Shown piece after piece: positions 16,809 to 26,063 of a DNA stretch of 64,000 bases. The stretch is from Gaiellaceae bacterium. Lineage in GTDB: Bacteria > Actinomycetota > Thermoleophilia > Gaiellales > Gaiellaceae. The position numbers and the translations under genes are program-made. The notes under the pieces were generated by a model. That model was not told the DNA's origin. It made no database searches and saw nothing but the letters and a program-made list of their open reading frames with translations. Location of the stretch: positions 1,988-65,987 of the forward strand of contig DATLQV010000032.1 in the NCBI GenBank assembly GCA_035534955.1. Direction: 5' to 3'. Within the stretch, counting starts at the first letter, position 1, and each line of letters begins with the position of its first letter.

Positions 16809-17023
16809 TGCACCCTTCCTGGCCGCTGGAGCGGGTCCTGTTCGCGCTCGCAGGCTCGATGACGCTTCTGAGCGTGCTCCTGGCGGTGCTGGTCAGCCCC
16901 TGGTTTCTCGTGCTGGCCGCCTTCGTCGGCGTGAATCAGTGGCTGCTCGTCGGCGTGGGCTCGTGCCCGGCGTCGCTCGTGCTCGAGCGGGGCATCGGGA
17001 TCGAACGAGGGTGCCGACGATGA
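16805..17023 (+). CDS. DUF2892-like (YgaP-type) small inner-membrane protein
   Basis: 72 aa, two TMs, 'LERVLFALAGSMTLL...GVNQWLLVGVGSCPAS'. ATGA overlaps on both sides. Confidence 0.65.
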   Translation: MMHPSWPLERVLFALAGSMTLLSVLLAVLVSPWFLVLAAFVGVNQWLLVGVGSCPASLVLERGIGIERGCRR

Positions 17024-19191
17024 GCGTCCTCGCCAAGCGCGCCGCTATCTCCCCCGTCGTTCCGCCGCCGCCCGACCACGACCCCGTCGTCGTCGGTCCG
17101 ATCGGGCGGCTCGGCCGTTGGACGGCCGACCATGTGCGGTTCGTCGCCGTGTCCTGGGTGGTCGTCGCGGTCGCGCTCGGCGTCTTTGCGCCTGCGGTCG
17201 AGACGGCGCTTTCGGGGGCGGGCTGGCAGGCGAACGGCTCCGAGTCCGTTCAGGCCCGGCAGCTGATCCAGCGGAACTTTGGCGGGCTTTCGAGCTCCTC
17301 CCTGCTCGTCGTCGTCCATTCGAGCAGCGCCACCGTCTCCGAGCCCGCGTTTCGCGCGACGGTGTCGCGCGTGGAGCATCTGTTGCGGTCGAACCGTTCG
17401 GTGGCGTCGGTCGTGCCTCCGCGTGCAGGAGCCTCGATCTCCGCCGATGGTCACACGGCACTCGTCACCGCAGGCGCAAAGGGCGACCCGACGGCAATGG
17501 TCGCCGCCGCGGACGCGCTCAAGTCGAAGCTGCATGCCGCCGGCACGAACGGCGTCGAGGTCTCGCTGACCGGGGCGTCCGGAATGTGGAGCGACTTCAA
17601 CACCGCGAACCGCACCGCGATGATGAAGTCGGAGCTCTACTCGTGGCCGGTTACCCTCGCGATCCTCACGCTCGCATTCGGCGCTCTGGCGGCGGCAGGG
17701 CTGCCGCTGATGCTGACGATTCTCGGGCTCGTCGCCTCCGCGGGATTGCTCTCCGTGCTCACCCACGGGTTCGAGATCTCGATCTGGGCGATGAACTTCG
17801 CGCTCATGTTCGCGCTCGCGCTCGGCATCGACTACGCCCTCTTCATCGTCAACCGCTTCCGCGCTGCGCTCTTCGGGTCGAAGCTTGCGGTGCGCGATGC
17901 GGTCGCGGTCACGATGGACACCGCGGGCAAGGCGGTCCTCTTCTCCGGCGCGACCGTGCTGATCTCGCTCTCTGCGGTGATGCTGGTGCCGAGCCCGGCG
18001 TTCCGCTCAATGGCGCTCGGGATCATGATCAGCGTCGTCTTCATCCTCGCCGCGACACTGACGCTCCTTCCTGCAGTGCTCGCGAAGCTCGGGCCGCGCG
18101 TCGACGCGATGCCGCTTCGCTGGGTGCACTCCGGCGAGCACCGCTCCGCTCGCTTCGCGCGGTGGGGCGAGCGGCTTTGGCGCAAACCTCATCTCTACGG
18201 CCCCGCCGCAACGCTCATTCTCGTGCTGCTGGCGCTCCCGATCTTCGGGCTGAAGACCGGCATGCCCTCGATCAAGGTCGTGCCGACGACCGACGGCTCG
18301 CGCATCGGCTACACCCAGGTGCAGCAAGCATTCGGGACGGGTGCTCCGGGTGCGCTGCAACTCGTCATGCCGCAGCACGATGCTGCGGCTTCGATAGCGA
18401 TCGCGCGTCGCGATCCCGGCATCGCCCGCGTCGCCGCCGCGCAGCGCGGCGGTCGTGGCCTCGCGCTCGTCCAGGCAATTCCAAAGACCGATCCTTCGAG
18501 CACGGCCACCGGCCGCACGATCGACCGCCTGCGTTCGACGTTGCCGCAGGCCGCACTCGTTGGCGGCGCCGCGGCGGAGAACCACGACCTCGAGCAGGCG
18601 CTCTCGGCCAAGACGCCGCTCGTGATCGGCGTAGTCCTCGCGCTCGGCTTCCTGCTCCTGCTCTTCGCGCTCCGGGCGCCGCTGATCGCCGCGCTCGGCG
18701 TCGCAACGAACCTGCTTGCAACCGGTGCCGCCTTCGGGATCGCGCGCTTGATCTTCCAGGACGGGCACGGCGCCCGGCTGCTCGGCTTCCAGCCGCAGGG
18801 CTTCCTCGATGCCTGGGGACCGGTGTTCTTCTTCGCGATGATCTTCGCGATCTCGATGGACTACACGGTCTTCCTGCTCTCCTCGGCGAAGGAGCACTAC
18901 GACCGGACCGGCGATCCGCGCGATGCGATGATCGGCGGGCTCGCCCACTCGGGCCGCGTCATCTTCGCCGCCGCAGCCGTGATGGTCGCCGTCTTCTTCA
19001 CCTTCGCGCTCTCCGGGCCGCTGCCGCCGAAGGAGATGGGCGTCATCCTGGGCGTCGCCGTGCTCCTCGACGCAATGCTCGTCCGGCTCGTCCTCATCCC
19101 AACGCTTCTCCGGGTCTTCGGCCACACAGCCTGGGCGCTCCCACACTGGCTCGACCGCATCCTCCCCGACGTCAAGTTCGGGCACTCGTGA
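17020..19191 (+). CDS. MMPL-family (RND superfamily) transporter
   Basis: 723 aa with two 6-TM bundles, each preceded by a large extracytoplasmic loop. 'GIDYALFIVNRF' and 'SMDYTVFLLS' MMPL motifs. Confidence 0.9.
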   Translation: MSVLAKRAAISPVVPPPPDHDPVVVGPIGRLGRWTADHVRFVAVSWVVVAVALGVFAPAVETALSGAGWQANGSESVQARQLIQRNFGGLSSSSLLVVVHSSSATVSEPAFRATVSRVEHLLRSNRSVASVVPPRAGASISADGHTALVTAGAKGDPTAMVAAADALKSKLHAAGTNGVEVSLTGASGMWSDFNTANRTAMMKSELYSWPVTLAILTLAFGALAAAGLPLMLTILGLVASAGLLSVLTHGFEISIWAMNFALMFALALGIDYALFIVNRFRAALFGSKLAVRDAVAVTMDTAGKAVLFSGATVLISLSAVMLVPSPAFRSMALGIMISVVFILAATLTLLPAVLAKLGPRVDAMPLRWVHSGEHRSARFARWGERLWRKPHLYGPAATLILVLLALPIFGLKTGMPSIKVVPTTDGSRIGYTQVQQAFGTGAPGALQLVMPQHDAAASIAIARRDPGIARVAAAQRGGRGLALVQAIPKTDPSSTATGRTIDRLRSTLPQAALVGGAAAENHDLEQALSAKTPLVIGVVLALGFLLLLFALRAPLIAALGVATNLLATGAAFGIARLIFQDGHGARLLGFQPQGFLDAWGPVFFFAMIFAISMDYTVFLLSSAKEHYDRTGDPRDAMIGGLAHSGRVIFAAAAVMVAVFFTFALSGPLPPKEMGVILGVAVLLDAMLVRLVLIPTLLRVFGHTAWALPHWLDRILPDVKFGHS

Positions 19192-19308
19192 TGCTCGAGC
19201 CGTGGCGGACGGAATGGTGCCCCCCCTCGCATCGCGTGCGCACTAGTCCACCGGGCGTCCACGGCGTGGCCCTCGGCGCTGATTGGGACGGGAGCGAGCA
19301 TCGAGGAG

Positions 19309-19785
19309 GTGGATCGCGTGCTCGCGTCCGTCGCGGGCGAGGAACTGAAGACACGGACGCTCGAAGGCTTCGAGCGCATGTTCAACGACGGCGATCTCGC
19401 CTCCGTCGACACGACCCTGGCACCCGGTGCGGTCGACCATCAGGAGCCAGCCGGCACCGACTTCGCGTCCCACCTCAAGAACGTCATCTCGACGCTGCGA
19501 ACGGCCTTCCCCGACCTGCATTTCGACGTCCACCAGCTCATCTGCGAAGACGACACGGTCGCCTGCCGTTCGACGATGACCGGCACCCACCAGGGGCCGC
19601 TGCGGATCGGGCCGCTGGCCGGCCTCCCCGTCAATAGCACGCCGATCGACGTTCCACACATGCACTTCTTCCGCTATGACGACGACGGCCGCGTCACCGA
19701 CCTCTGGCACGTCTGGAACACGATCGGTCTCGCCCGTCAGCTCGGCGCCCCCGCGCCCAACCTGAACATCAGCGCCCCCGCATGA
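19309..19785 (+). CDS. Ester cyclase / SnoaL-like polyketide cyclase family protein
   Basis: 'FPDLHFDVHQLICEDDTVACRSTMTGTHQGP...GLPVNSTPIDVPHMHFFRYDDDGRVTDLWHVWN'. Confidence 0.8.
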   Translation: MDRVLASVAGEELKTRTLEGFERMFNDGDLASVDTTLAPGAVDHQEPAGTDFASHLKNVISTLRTAFPDLHFDVHQLICEDDTVACRSTMTGTHQGPLRIGPLAGLPVNSTPIDVPHMHFFRYDDDGRVTDLWHVWNTIGLARQLGAPAPNLNISAPA

Positions 19786-19820
19786 AGGCCGCCGCGACCG
19801 ACGACCATGAGGAGAACTAC

Positions 19821-19922
19821 ATGGCGATCGTCGACAGCATCGAGATCGACCGCAGTCCCCTCCGGCTGCGCGGCACGGCCGAGGGGGATCGTGGAGACGA
19901 TCGCGGCGAAGCCGTCACGTAG
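19821..19922 (+). pseudogene. Possible N-terminal stub of an SRPBCC (polyketide cyclase/dehydrase-like) gene
   Basis: GGAG RBS plus 'MAIVDSIEIDRSP', a typical SRPBCC start, then a nonsense tail and a stop after 33 aa. Confidence 0.3.
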
Positions 19923-19994
19923 GCGTCTGAGGCGCTGACCGAATCGTCTCAGCCTACGGCGAGAGACCATGCAGCAGCGGAGGCCGGCTTTGAG

Positions 19995-20032
19995 CCTCCC
20001 TCTTTCCTTGTTTGTCCAAGGGAAGAGGGAGG
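19995..20032. terminator. Strong hairpin between convergent genes (bidirectional terminator candidate)
   Basis: 'CCTCCCTCTTTCCTTG-tttgtc-CAAGGGAAGAGGGAGG': 16-bp stem with one G-U position, between the 19785 (+) and 20049 (-) gene ends. Confidence 0.6.
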
Positions 20033-20048
20033 CGCGAAGGCAGAAGTG

Positions 20049-20501
20049 CTAGCTGTGCGTGGTCGTGGTCGTCGACGTGGTCGTCGTGCGGTTGTGATGG
20101 TCGTCGTTGGTGTCGCCCTGGTCGTTGGCGTCCTTCCCTGTCGTCGCTGTTTCGGTCGTGGACGTCTCGAACGCCTTCAGGTCGACCGAACGGACGGTGA
20201 GCGTCGAGGACGTCGTCGTCCCGGTTGCACCAGAGCAGGCGTTGACGTCTGCCCGCACCGTCTGGCCGGCGCCACCGATGGTGAACGTGACCGTCGAGCC
20301 CGGCGAGATCGAACCATGGCCTTCGGCGCGCGTCACCGTCAACGTGAACGTCTGCGGCGAGACCGTTCCGGAGACGCGCGACGCGCGGCAGCCGGTGCCA
20401 CTCTCACCCTGGCCGTTCCCGTTGCCATTGTCGGCGACGGCCATCGACGCCCCCACCCCAGCGGCGGCAAGCGCGACGAGGAGCAGTGCCTTCAGCTTCA
20501 T
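20049..20501 (-). CDS. Secreted protein of unknown function with Thr-rich C-terminal tail
   Basis: Signal peptide 'MKLKALLLVALAAAGVGASMAVA' (ATG at 20501). Beta-rich core with 2 Cys. Tail 'TTTTSTTTTTHS'. Confidence 0.7.
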   Translation of the reverse strand: MKLKALLLVALAAAGVGASMAVADNGNGNGQGESGTGCRASRVSGTVSPQTFTLTVTRAEGHGSISPGSTVTFTIGGAGQTVRADVNACSGATGTTTSSTLTVRSVDLKAFETSTTETATTGKDANDQGDTNDDHHNRTTTTSTTTTTHS

Positions 20502-20612
20502 GAAGTCCCCCTTGTGTGAACCATCGACCAACAAGATGCCCGGGCGGGCCGAAAACTTGCGCAGTACCCGATGGCCTACGGTGGGAGCGGCAGCCGGAGT
20601 GCGTGGACCTCC

Positions 20613-21398
20613 CTAGCCTGCCTTGATGTCGTTGCCGTTGGAGGCCGCTACCGCGATGACAGCCCGCGCGTAGCGTGAGGCGGCGGCGGGACTCAATCGC
20701 CCGGCGGGCAGCTCGACGACGAATGCGGTGCCGTTGAGGTGCTGGTGATTTGTCCAGCCGACAACGCTTCCTGGCTCGCGTGTGAGTCTGGCGAGCCGCA
20801 TACCGGTCAGCTTGGCGAACTGACGCTCGAGAGCGAGGTTGCCGCCGGACTCGTCGACCACATCGAGGTGCTGGTGGAACCAGATAGAGACCCTTGGTTC
20901 CAGGCGCCTGATTAGGCGGTAAGCGATTCGGCTCTCGGGTTCGGAAAGCGCACGCGGGCCCGAGTAGAAGATGCCGCCGAGAGCTCGCCAACGCCACGGG
21001 AAGTTGCGGTTCAAGTCGACGTGATCAGCGTTCCCCCGCGTGCCCGCGGACACCCCATCCGGGTTGAGGTCGGGAATGATCCAGAGGTCGAGCTCGCTAG
21101 GCGGTCTCGCGTGTGCGAGTCGCACCGCAACTGCGATGCCCGCAGGCTCGTTGCCGTGGATGCAGCCGACGACGAGCGCTCGCCTCGGTGCGTCGAAATC
21201 GCCGATCTCGATTGCGGTGATCGGACGTCCGTCAACCGAGTACCCGAGAGTGATACGCCTCTCTCCGAGCGGGTCGGAACGCTCCGAGGCGAAGCTGGCC
21301 GCACCGAGGCTCAGCAGTGCCACGAAGGCGACCGCGCACGAGGTGCCGAAGCGAAGCAACCGCCGACGTCTCAGTATGTATGGGCCGCGGCGCAACAT
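20613..21398 (-). CDS. M14-family zinc carboxypeptidase (murein peptide amidase/MpaA-like), secreted
   Basis: 'VVGCIHGNEPAG' (HxxE zinc site), 'DLNPDG', 'VDLNRNF', 'IWFHQH'. N-terminal signal anchor. Confidence 0.85.
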   Translation of the reverse strand: MLRRGPYILRRRRLLRFGTSCAVAFVALLSLGAASFASERSDPLGERRITLGYSVDGRPITAIEIGDFDAPRRALVVGCIHGNEPAGIAVAVRLAHARPPSELDLWIIPDLNPDGVSAGTRGNADHVDLNRNFPWRWRALGGIFYSGPRALSEPESRIAYRLIRRLEPRVSIWFHQHLDVVDESGGNLALERQFAKLTGMRLARLTREPGSVVGWTNHQHLNGTAFVVELPAGRLSPAAASRYARAVIAVAASNGNDIKAG

Positions 21399-21471
21399 TC
21401 GATGACTAGAGAGTCGATCATGCGCAACGCCCGGCTCAACAAGAGAGGATCGTCCATGGGAGGTCTCACTG

Positions 21472-22002
21472 ATGGCCGCTGATCTTCGCGCACGTGCTGG
21501 CCTCCGTCTCGGCGGCGGTCGATGGCTCGTCCCGCCGTGGAGCGCGCCGGCGCTACTGGGCTGCGCCGTTGTGCTCGTTCCATGGACAGCGTTGCTGTTT
21601 GCGACCCTGCCGCGCCACTATGTCGCTAACCACTGGGCGATCGCCTGGGGTGGATTCGACGTCGGGCTTGGCGTTGCGCTCGCCAGCACAGCCGTGATGG
21701 TCGCGCGGCGGTCGCCGTTGGCGGAAGTGACCGCCACGATCACCGGGTCGCTTCTCTGTTGCGATGCCTGGTTCGACGTCCTGACGTCGCGCGGCGTTTC
21801 AGACGTCGCTCAAGCGGCCGCCTCCGCACTCTTCATCGAGCTGCCGCTCGCTGCGCTTTGCTTCTGGATGGCGCGCAATCTCGCCCACGCGGTCGAGGTT
21901 GCTCGTCCCTTCCTGCAAGCAGCCGGATTCACGATCATCGACAACAAGCTCGTGCCACCGACCGAGGCGACGAAGTCCAGCGAGCATCGTTCTGGGTCGT
22001 AG
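21472..22002 (+). CDS. Integral membrane protein, unknown function (4 TM)
   Basis: Hydrophobic segments 'LLGCAVVLVPWTALLF', 'WGGFDVGLGVALASTAVMV', 'ITGSLLCCDAWFDV', 'ALFIELPLAALCFWM'. Confidence 0.6.
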   Translation: MAADLRARAGLRLGGGRWLVPPWSAPALLGCAVVLVPWTALLFATLPRHYVANHWAIAWGGFDVGLGVALASTAVMVARRSPLAEVTATITGSLLCCDAWFDVLTSRGVSDVAQAAASALFIELPLAALCFWMARNLAHAVEVARPFLQAAGFTIIDNKLVPPTEATKSSEHRSGS

Positions 22003-22060
22003 GTCAGGCTTCGAAACGGCTCAAACAAGCCGATCCAGCGGCTCAATCTGGCCTTGCTGT

Positions 22061-23491
22061 TCAAGAGCTGCAACTAGTCAGCATGCCGAGCTCGAGCAGG
22101 CGGCGAACGGTGCGTGCGACGTCCGCCGCATCGAGTTCTGCGGCTGCAGCGACCTCCGCCAGCGTGCGCTCCGGCGTCAGCTCGAACAGGAATGGGAGGA
22201 CGTGCGGCTCGATCTCTGCGACGAGGCCGACGGTCGCCTCCAGCGACATCGCCACACCGGCGATCTCGTAGTCGTCGCGAAACACGAGCGCCTGCTCGAG
22301 CCGGTGTCCGCGCACGAGCTCGAAATGACCGTCGAGCAGCTCCTCCTCGGACGCGAGGCGCTCCAGGCGGTCGGCGCCCGCGAAGATCCGCCGGATGTGC
22401 TCCCCGGCCGCCCCGGCCGCGGGCGTCGGCGCCGCAAACCCGCGCACCCAGCCCGGACCGTCGCGGCCGCGCAGGATGACGGCGCCGATGCCGATACCGA
22501 CGATCCCCTCCCGTTCGTAGTAGTCGAGCCAGCGACCCACCGCGCGCGCATATGCCTCCGGGGCCTTCCGGTGCGGCTCATTCCACCGCGACGCGTACCG
22601 CAGCGGCTCGATCACGCCATGCGAGAAGAGGAGCGCGTCACAGCTCAGGCCCTCGACCCACCCGGCGAGCGGCTCCCAGCGCTCGTCCGGCGATCGGCAG
22701 ATCCAGTTGCACAGGACTGTGGCGAAGCCGCCGGGACGCAGGTGCGCAGCCGCGCCTCGCACGACCTCGCGGCAGATGGCGTCACCCGGAAGGCCGCTGT
22801 CGCGGAAGACGAAGTCGGTGTCCGGGGAGACGACGAAAGGCGGGTTGGCGACGATGAGGTCGAACGTCTCGCCGACGACCGGGTCGAAGAGGCTTCCCTC
22901 GCGGATGTCGAGAGATAAGCCGTTGAGACGCGCGTTGAGCGACGCGAACTCGAGGGCTCGGGGATTGATGTCGGTCGCGACGACGGTCGTCGCATGACGC
23001 GCCGCGAGCAGCGCCTCGACGCCAGAACCGGTGCCAACGTCGAGCACCCGCTCGACGTCGTCGCGCACGGTCAGCGTCGCGAGCGTGCGCGAAGCGGCAT
23101 TGACTCCGGTGACGAATCCCTCGTCGGCGACCTCGGCCTCGTGCACGACGAGAATTCCCGCAAACGGGGTGATCCGGACCCTCGAGCTCACCCAGCCGTC
23201 GTGCGCGTCGACGAGGCCGGCTTCGGCGAGCGCCCTGACGTCCACAGGAAGCGTGTTGCATGCGACCCGCTCGCCGAGCACGAAGACCCGGGCGAGCGCG
23301 GCGCGCGGGTCACCCGCGCGGTACCGGTCGAGGACGAGCGGGATGTCGTCGCTCGTCCACGCCCGTCCGAAGAGCTCGGCGAGCGCGAACTCGTTGAGTC
23401 CAGCCAGCTGCAACGCCCGTCCAAGTTGGTGCATCTCGGTGAACATCTTGCCCCTAGACGCGCCGGCCGGAAAGTGGTTAATTCGTGTCAT
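22061..23491 (-). CDS. Class I SAM-dependent methyltransferase (PrmC/HemK-like core with N- and C-terminal extensions)
   Basis: 'VLDVGTGSGVEALLAA' (motif I), 'DLIVANPPFVVSP' (NPPF/Y catalytic motif). Confidence 0.85.
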   Translation of the reverse strand: MTRINHFPAGASRGKMFTEMHQLGRALQLAGLNEFALAELFGRAWTSDDIPLVLDRYRAGDPRAALARVFVLGERVACNTLPVDVRALAEAGLVDAHDGWVSSRVRITPFAGILVVHEAEVADEGFVTGVNAASRTLATLTVRDDVERVLDVGTGSGVEALLAARHATTVVATDINPRALEFASLNARLNGLSLDIREGSLFDPVVGETFDLIVANPPFVVSPDTDFVFRDSGLPGDAICREVVRGAAAHLRPGGFATVLCNWICRSPDERWEPLAGWVEGLSCDALLFSHGVIEPLRYASRWNEPHRKAPEAYARAVGRWLDYYEREGIVGIGIGAVILRGRDGPGWVRGFAAPTPAAGAAGEHIRRIFAGADRLERLASEEELLDGHFELVRGHRLEQALVFRDDYEIAGVAMSLEATVGLVAEIEPHVLPFLFELTPERTLAEVAAAAELDAADVARTVRRLLELGMLTSCSS

Positions 23492-23519
23492 TTACAGGTC
23501 TCTCGATTGGAGGAAGGCC

Positions 23520-24095
23520 ATGGGTAGGAAGCTCAATGCTGCGAAGGCGAGCCTCGTCGCGGCGTTCCTCGCCGCCGGGGGCGCGGCGACGGCCAGAGCG
23601 GTTCACGCGGCTCCTGCGCGGCCCGCGAACACGATCGGCGGCGTCTCGGTCAACTGGGGCGACCAGCTCGTGCGGTTCCTGAAGCTGGACGGGTTCCCGG
23701 CGTACCTGAAGGCCGACGGGTTCGAGGCGCTGACGCAGTTCTACAAGGAGGTACTCCTGTCCGACGCGTCGACGCTGTACGCGAAGTACGGCGGCACGGT
23801 GTCCGACGTGCTCTCGCTCTACCAAAAAGCAGACGGCGGCCCGCTCGCGGGCATCCTCAGCGGCCTCGAGCAGTTCTACAAAGACGACAACCTCCAGCCG
23901 CTGCTCAACGACTTGAAACAGCCCGGTGCCATGGACGCGTTCGACAAGTGGGACAAGTGGTTCACCGCGCTGCAGGCCGTCGGAGAAGCCGACCAGCAGG
24001 CCGGCGCACCGAGCGCACTCGACTACTACATCAAGCTAACCGGGATCCAGGGCGACCCGCTCCAGCAGATCACAAACAGCGGCGCACCAAGCTAG
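23520..24095 (+). CDS. Secreted protein, unknown function, with four '[FLY]Y-x-K' helical repeats
   Basis: Signal peptide 'AAKASLVAAFLAAGGAATARAVHA'. GGAGGAAGG RBS. Repeats 'TQFYKEV', 'LSLYQKA', 'EQFYKDD', 'DYYIKLT'. Confidence 0.7.
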   Translation: MGRKLNAAKASLVAAFLAAGGAATARAVHAAPARPANTIGGVSVNWGDQLVRFLKLDGFPAYLKADGFEALTQFYKEVLLSDASTLYAKYGGTVSDVLSLYQKADGGPLAGILSGLEQFYKDDNLQPLLNDLKQPGAMDAFDKWDKWFTALQAVGEADQQAGAPSALDYYIKLTGIQGDPLQQITNSGAPS

Positions 24096-24183
24096 CTGCA
24101 AGACCCGAGCGCGTTGCTTCAGTCAACCACGAGGCTGGTGGCCGAGGGCTGCGTTACGCCCGTGCTGATGACGTGCTCGAGCG

Positions 24184-25203
24184 CTAGCTGCTTTTGTGCT
24201 CGCGTATGCGGCTGATCGCCGCCTGCGCGACAGTCGGCATCGCGAACTCAGGGAATGCGAAGGTCGAGCTGACGTTGATCTCGCAGAGCACGTAGGTGTC
24301 AGCGCCCCAAGCGTCTTTTGGCCCGTAGAGGAAGTCTGCGTCCCAGATGACCGGGAGCGAGTAGGTATCGATCTCGAGAATCCTCTGCAGTTCGGGCACC
24401 CATTCGGACTCCAGTCGGGCGCGGAGGTCGCGATAGGACGGCTCCCCCGCTGGCTCGAACAGCTTGGTCGACGGTTGAGCATCTGAGTCGGCGGGCAGCA
24501 GACCGCGCGGGTACTGGTGCGTGAAGCCGACCACTCGATCGTGGGTGAGGTAGGCGCGGATCATCCCTTCGCCAAGCCGGGGCTGGTAGGGCTGCTCCAC
24601 CATCAGCCCGGCGCCTGCGAAGTACGGTTCGCACCACCCGAGAAACTCGTCGAGCGGTATCCGCTCGGAGGCTGCGGCTCCGGCGGCATGCTGGGCGATA
24701 ACGGTCGTCGCGTCGGCGAGCTCGACCTTCCAGACGCCGTGTCCGCCCATTCCGCGCCGCTGCTTGAGGACGAGTGGCCCGGCTTCGGCGAGTCGCGCGG
24801 GCAGCTGTTCGCGAAGGTCGGCTGCCGTCCGGTAGATCCGGGTGTCGGTGCCCCAGCTCATGCTCCGCGTGTCGACGAGAACGTTCTTGGTTCCCATCTT
24901 CAGGATCACGTCGGGATGGGCGCTGACGAAGACGCCGCGGCCGGCTGCCTCCCGGAGCAGCGGGTCGAGCGTCGAACGATCCCGCCCCTGCTCGATCGGG
25001 TTGACCCAGACGAGCACGCCGCCCAGCTTCAGCAACCGCTCCCGGACATCCTCCGCGGTCTCGTCCGAATAGACGATGGGCTCGGCGGCCACTCCGAGCT
25101 CTGCGAACGCGGCGAAAACACCGTGCAGCCTGCAAGTCGCTTCCGACTCGAAGGTATCCCACTCCGCACGCCACAAGAGACCGACCGTCATGTTCCCGCT
25201 CAT
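24184..25203 (-). CDS. ATP-grasp-like protein of unknown function (resembles the 'Cj0069 family')
   Basis: 'GPLVLKQRRGMGGHGVWKV', 'MIRAYLTHDRVVGF', 'YVLCEINVSS' are ATP-grasp-like elements. Start ambiguous (25203 or 25191). Confidence 0.65.
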   Translation of the reverse strand: MSGNMTVGLLWRAEWDTFESEATCRLHGVFAAFAELGVAAEPIVYSDETAEDVRERLLKLGGVLVWVNPIEQGRDRSTLDPLLREAAGRGVFVSAHPDVILKMGTKNVLVDTRSMSWGTDTRIYRTAADLREQLPARLAEAGPLVLKQRRGMGGHGVWKVELADATTVIAQHAAGAAASERIPLDEFLGWCEPYFAGAGLMVEQPYQPRLGEGMIRAYLTHDRVVGFTHQYPRGLLPADSDAQPSTKLFEPAGEPSYRDLRARLESEWVPELQRILEIDTYSLPVIWDADFLYGPKDAWGADTYVLCEINVSSTFAFPEFAMPTVAQAAISRIREHKSS

Positions 25204-25515
25204 CTGGCGACGATCGTAAGCGCCGGCAACCGGCAGCAACCGCCGCAGAAGTTGAGCGCCTCCGCGGAGAGTGTGTGGGCCGCCCTAGAGGTCTGGTTGT
25301 GGCTCATGTGCCGGGAAGACGAGGCAGCCTTCGGTCTGGAAGGTGATGCCGACGATTTCGCCACGGTGGGTGCGCTGTGGTGCGTAGCCGCCGGTAATGC
25401 GGGCGCGCGGTCGTCGAGTTCACGGACGACGACTGGCTCCCGATCGTCGCCGAGCCCGGTCGCCTCACGCGAATCATCGCCCCGACAGCGCTTCGCTAGG
25501 CCCGCCTCATCCACG

Positions 25516-25620
25516 TTCACCGTGCACCTCCTGACGCGCTACTTCAGACGAGCAAACCTCATCCCCTTCGGGATTTACTGCGTGCTGTTCGGCCTGGCGA
25601 TGATCGGCTACAACGCATAG
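25516..25620 (+). pseudogene. C-terminal fragment of undecaprenyl-diphosphatase (UppP/BacA)
   Basis: 'FTVHLLTRYFRRANLIPFGIYCVLFGLAMIGYNA*' matches the last TM region of UppP. Nothing UppP-like lies upstream in any frame. Confidence 0.4.
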
Positions 25621-25644
25621 ACGCGAGTGATCACCACACCTAGC

Positions 25645-25977
25645 TCACGTTGAGGCGAACTCCCCGACGAGAACATCCCAACGTTCGACCGATTTCGTCT
25701 CGAGTACGTCAACGGTCGTCCACGGATCGTCTTCGAGCCGCGCTGCGGCTTCGCTCTCGTCGTCGGCGTTGACGACCAACATTGCTCGATACGGATTCCC
25801 ATCGCCAACGGGTCCGGCCACGATCAGGAAGCCTTCGTCCGCAATAGCGTTGATGAATTCGACGTGTTCAGGCCACTGGTCCTGTTCGCGCATCGCCAGC
25901 GACGCGTCCCACGCCCGGCTTTGTTCTCGATTAACCACGAAGTACACGGCTCGAGTCTGACAGGCGCATCCGGGCAC
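25645..25977 (-). CDS. YCII-related domain protein
   Basis: 'VYFVVNREQSRAWD...EHVEFINAIADEGFLIVAGPVGDG...YRAMLVVNADDESEAAARLEDDPW'. The likely true start is the GTG at 25947. Confidence 0.8.
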   Translation of the reverse strand: MPGCACQTRAVYFVVNREQSRAWDASLAMREQDQWPEHVEFINAIADEGFLIVAGPVGDGNPYRAMLVVNADDESEAAARLEDDPWTTVDVLETKSVERWDVLVGEFAST

Positions 25978-26063
25978 GTGCGGTCCAGGTTTGTCGGCAT
26001 CTCGTCGATAGGTCAGGCGTAGGCCCGCTGGGCCGCCTTTCGACGAAGGAGCAATCGCGGCCC

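Noticed and set aside
17118-19637. 839-aa plus-strand ORF overlapping the MMPL gene
   Set aside because: Off-frame, Arg-rich, with no TM or domain signal. The MMPL frame (17020..19191) explains the region.
25200-25520. 106-aa minus ORF and other short frames in the 25240..25515 gap
   Set aside because: The translations are low complexity. One alternative frame ends in a plausible-looking 'GEIVGITFQTEGCLVFPAHEPQPDL*' but has no start or upstream continuation. The region is probably degraded sequence.
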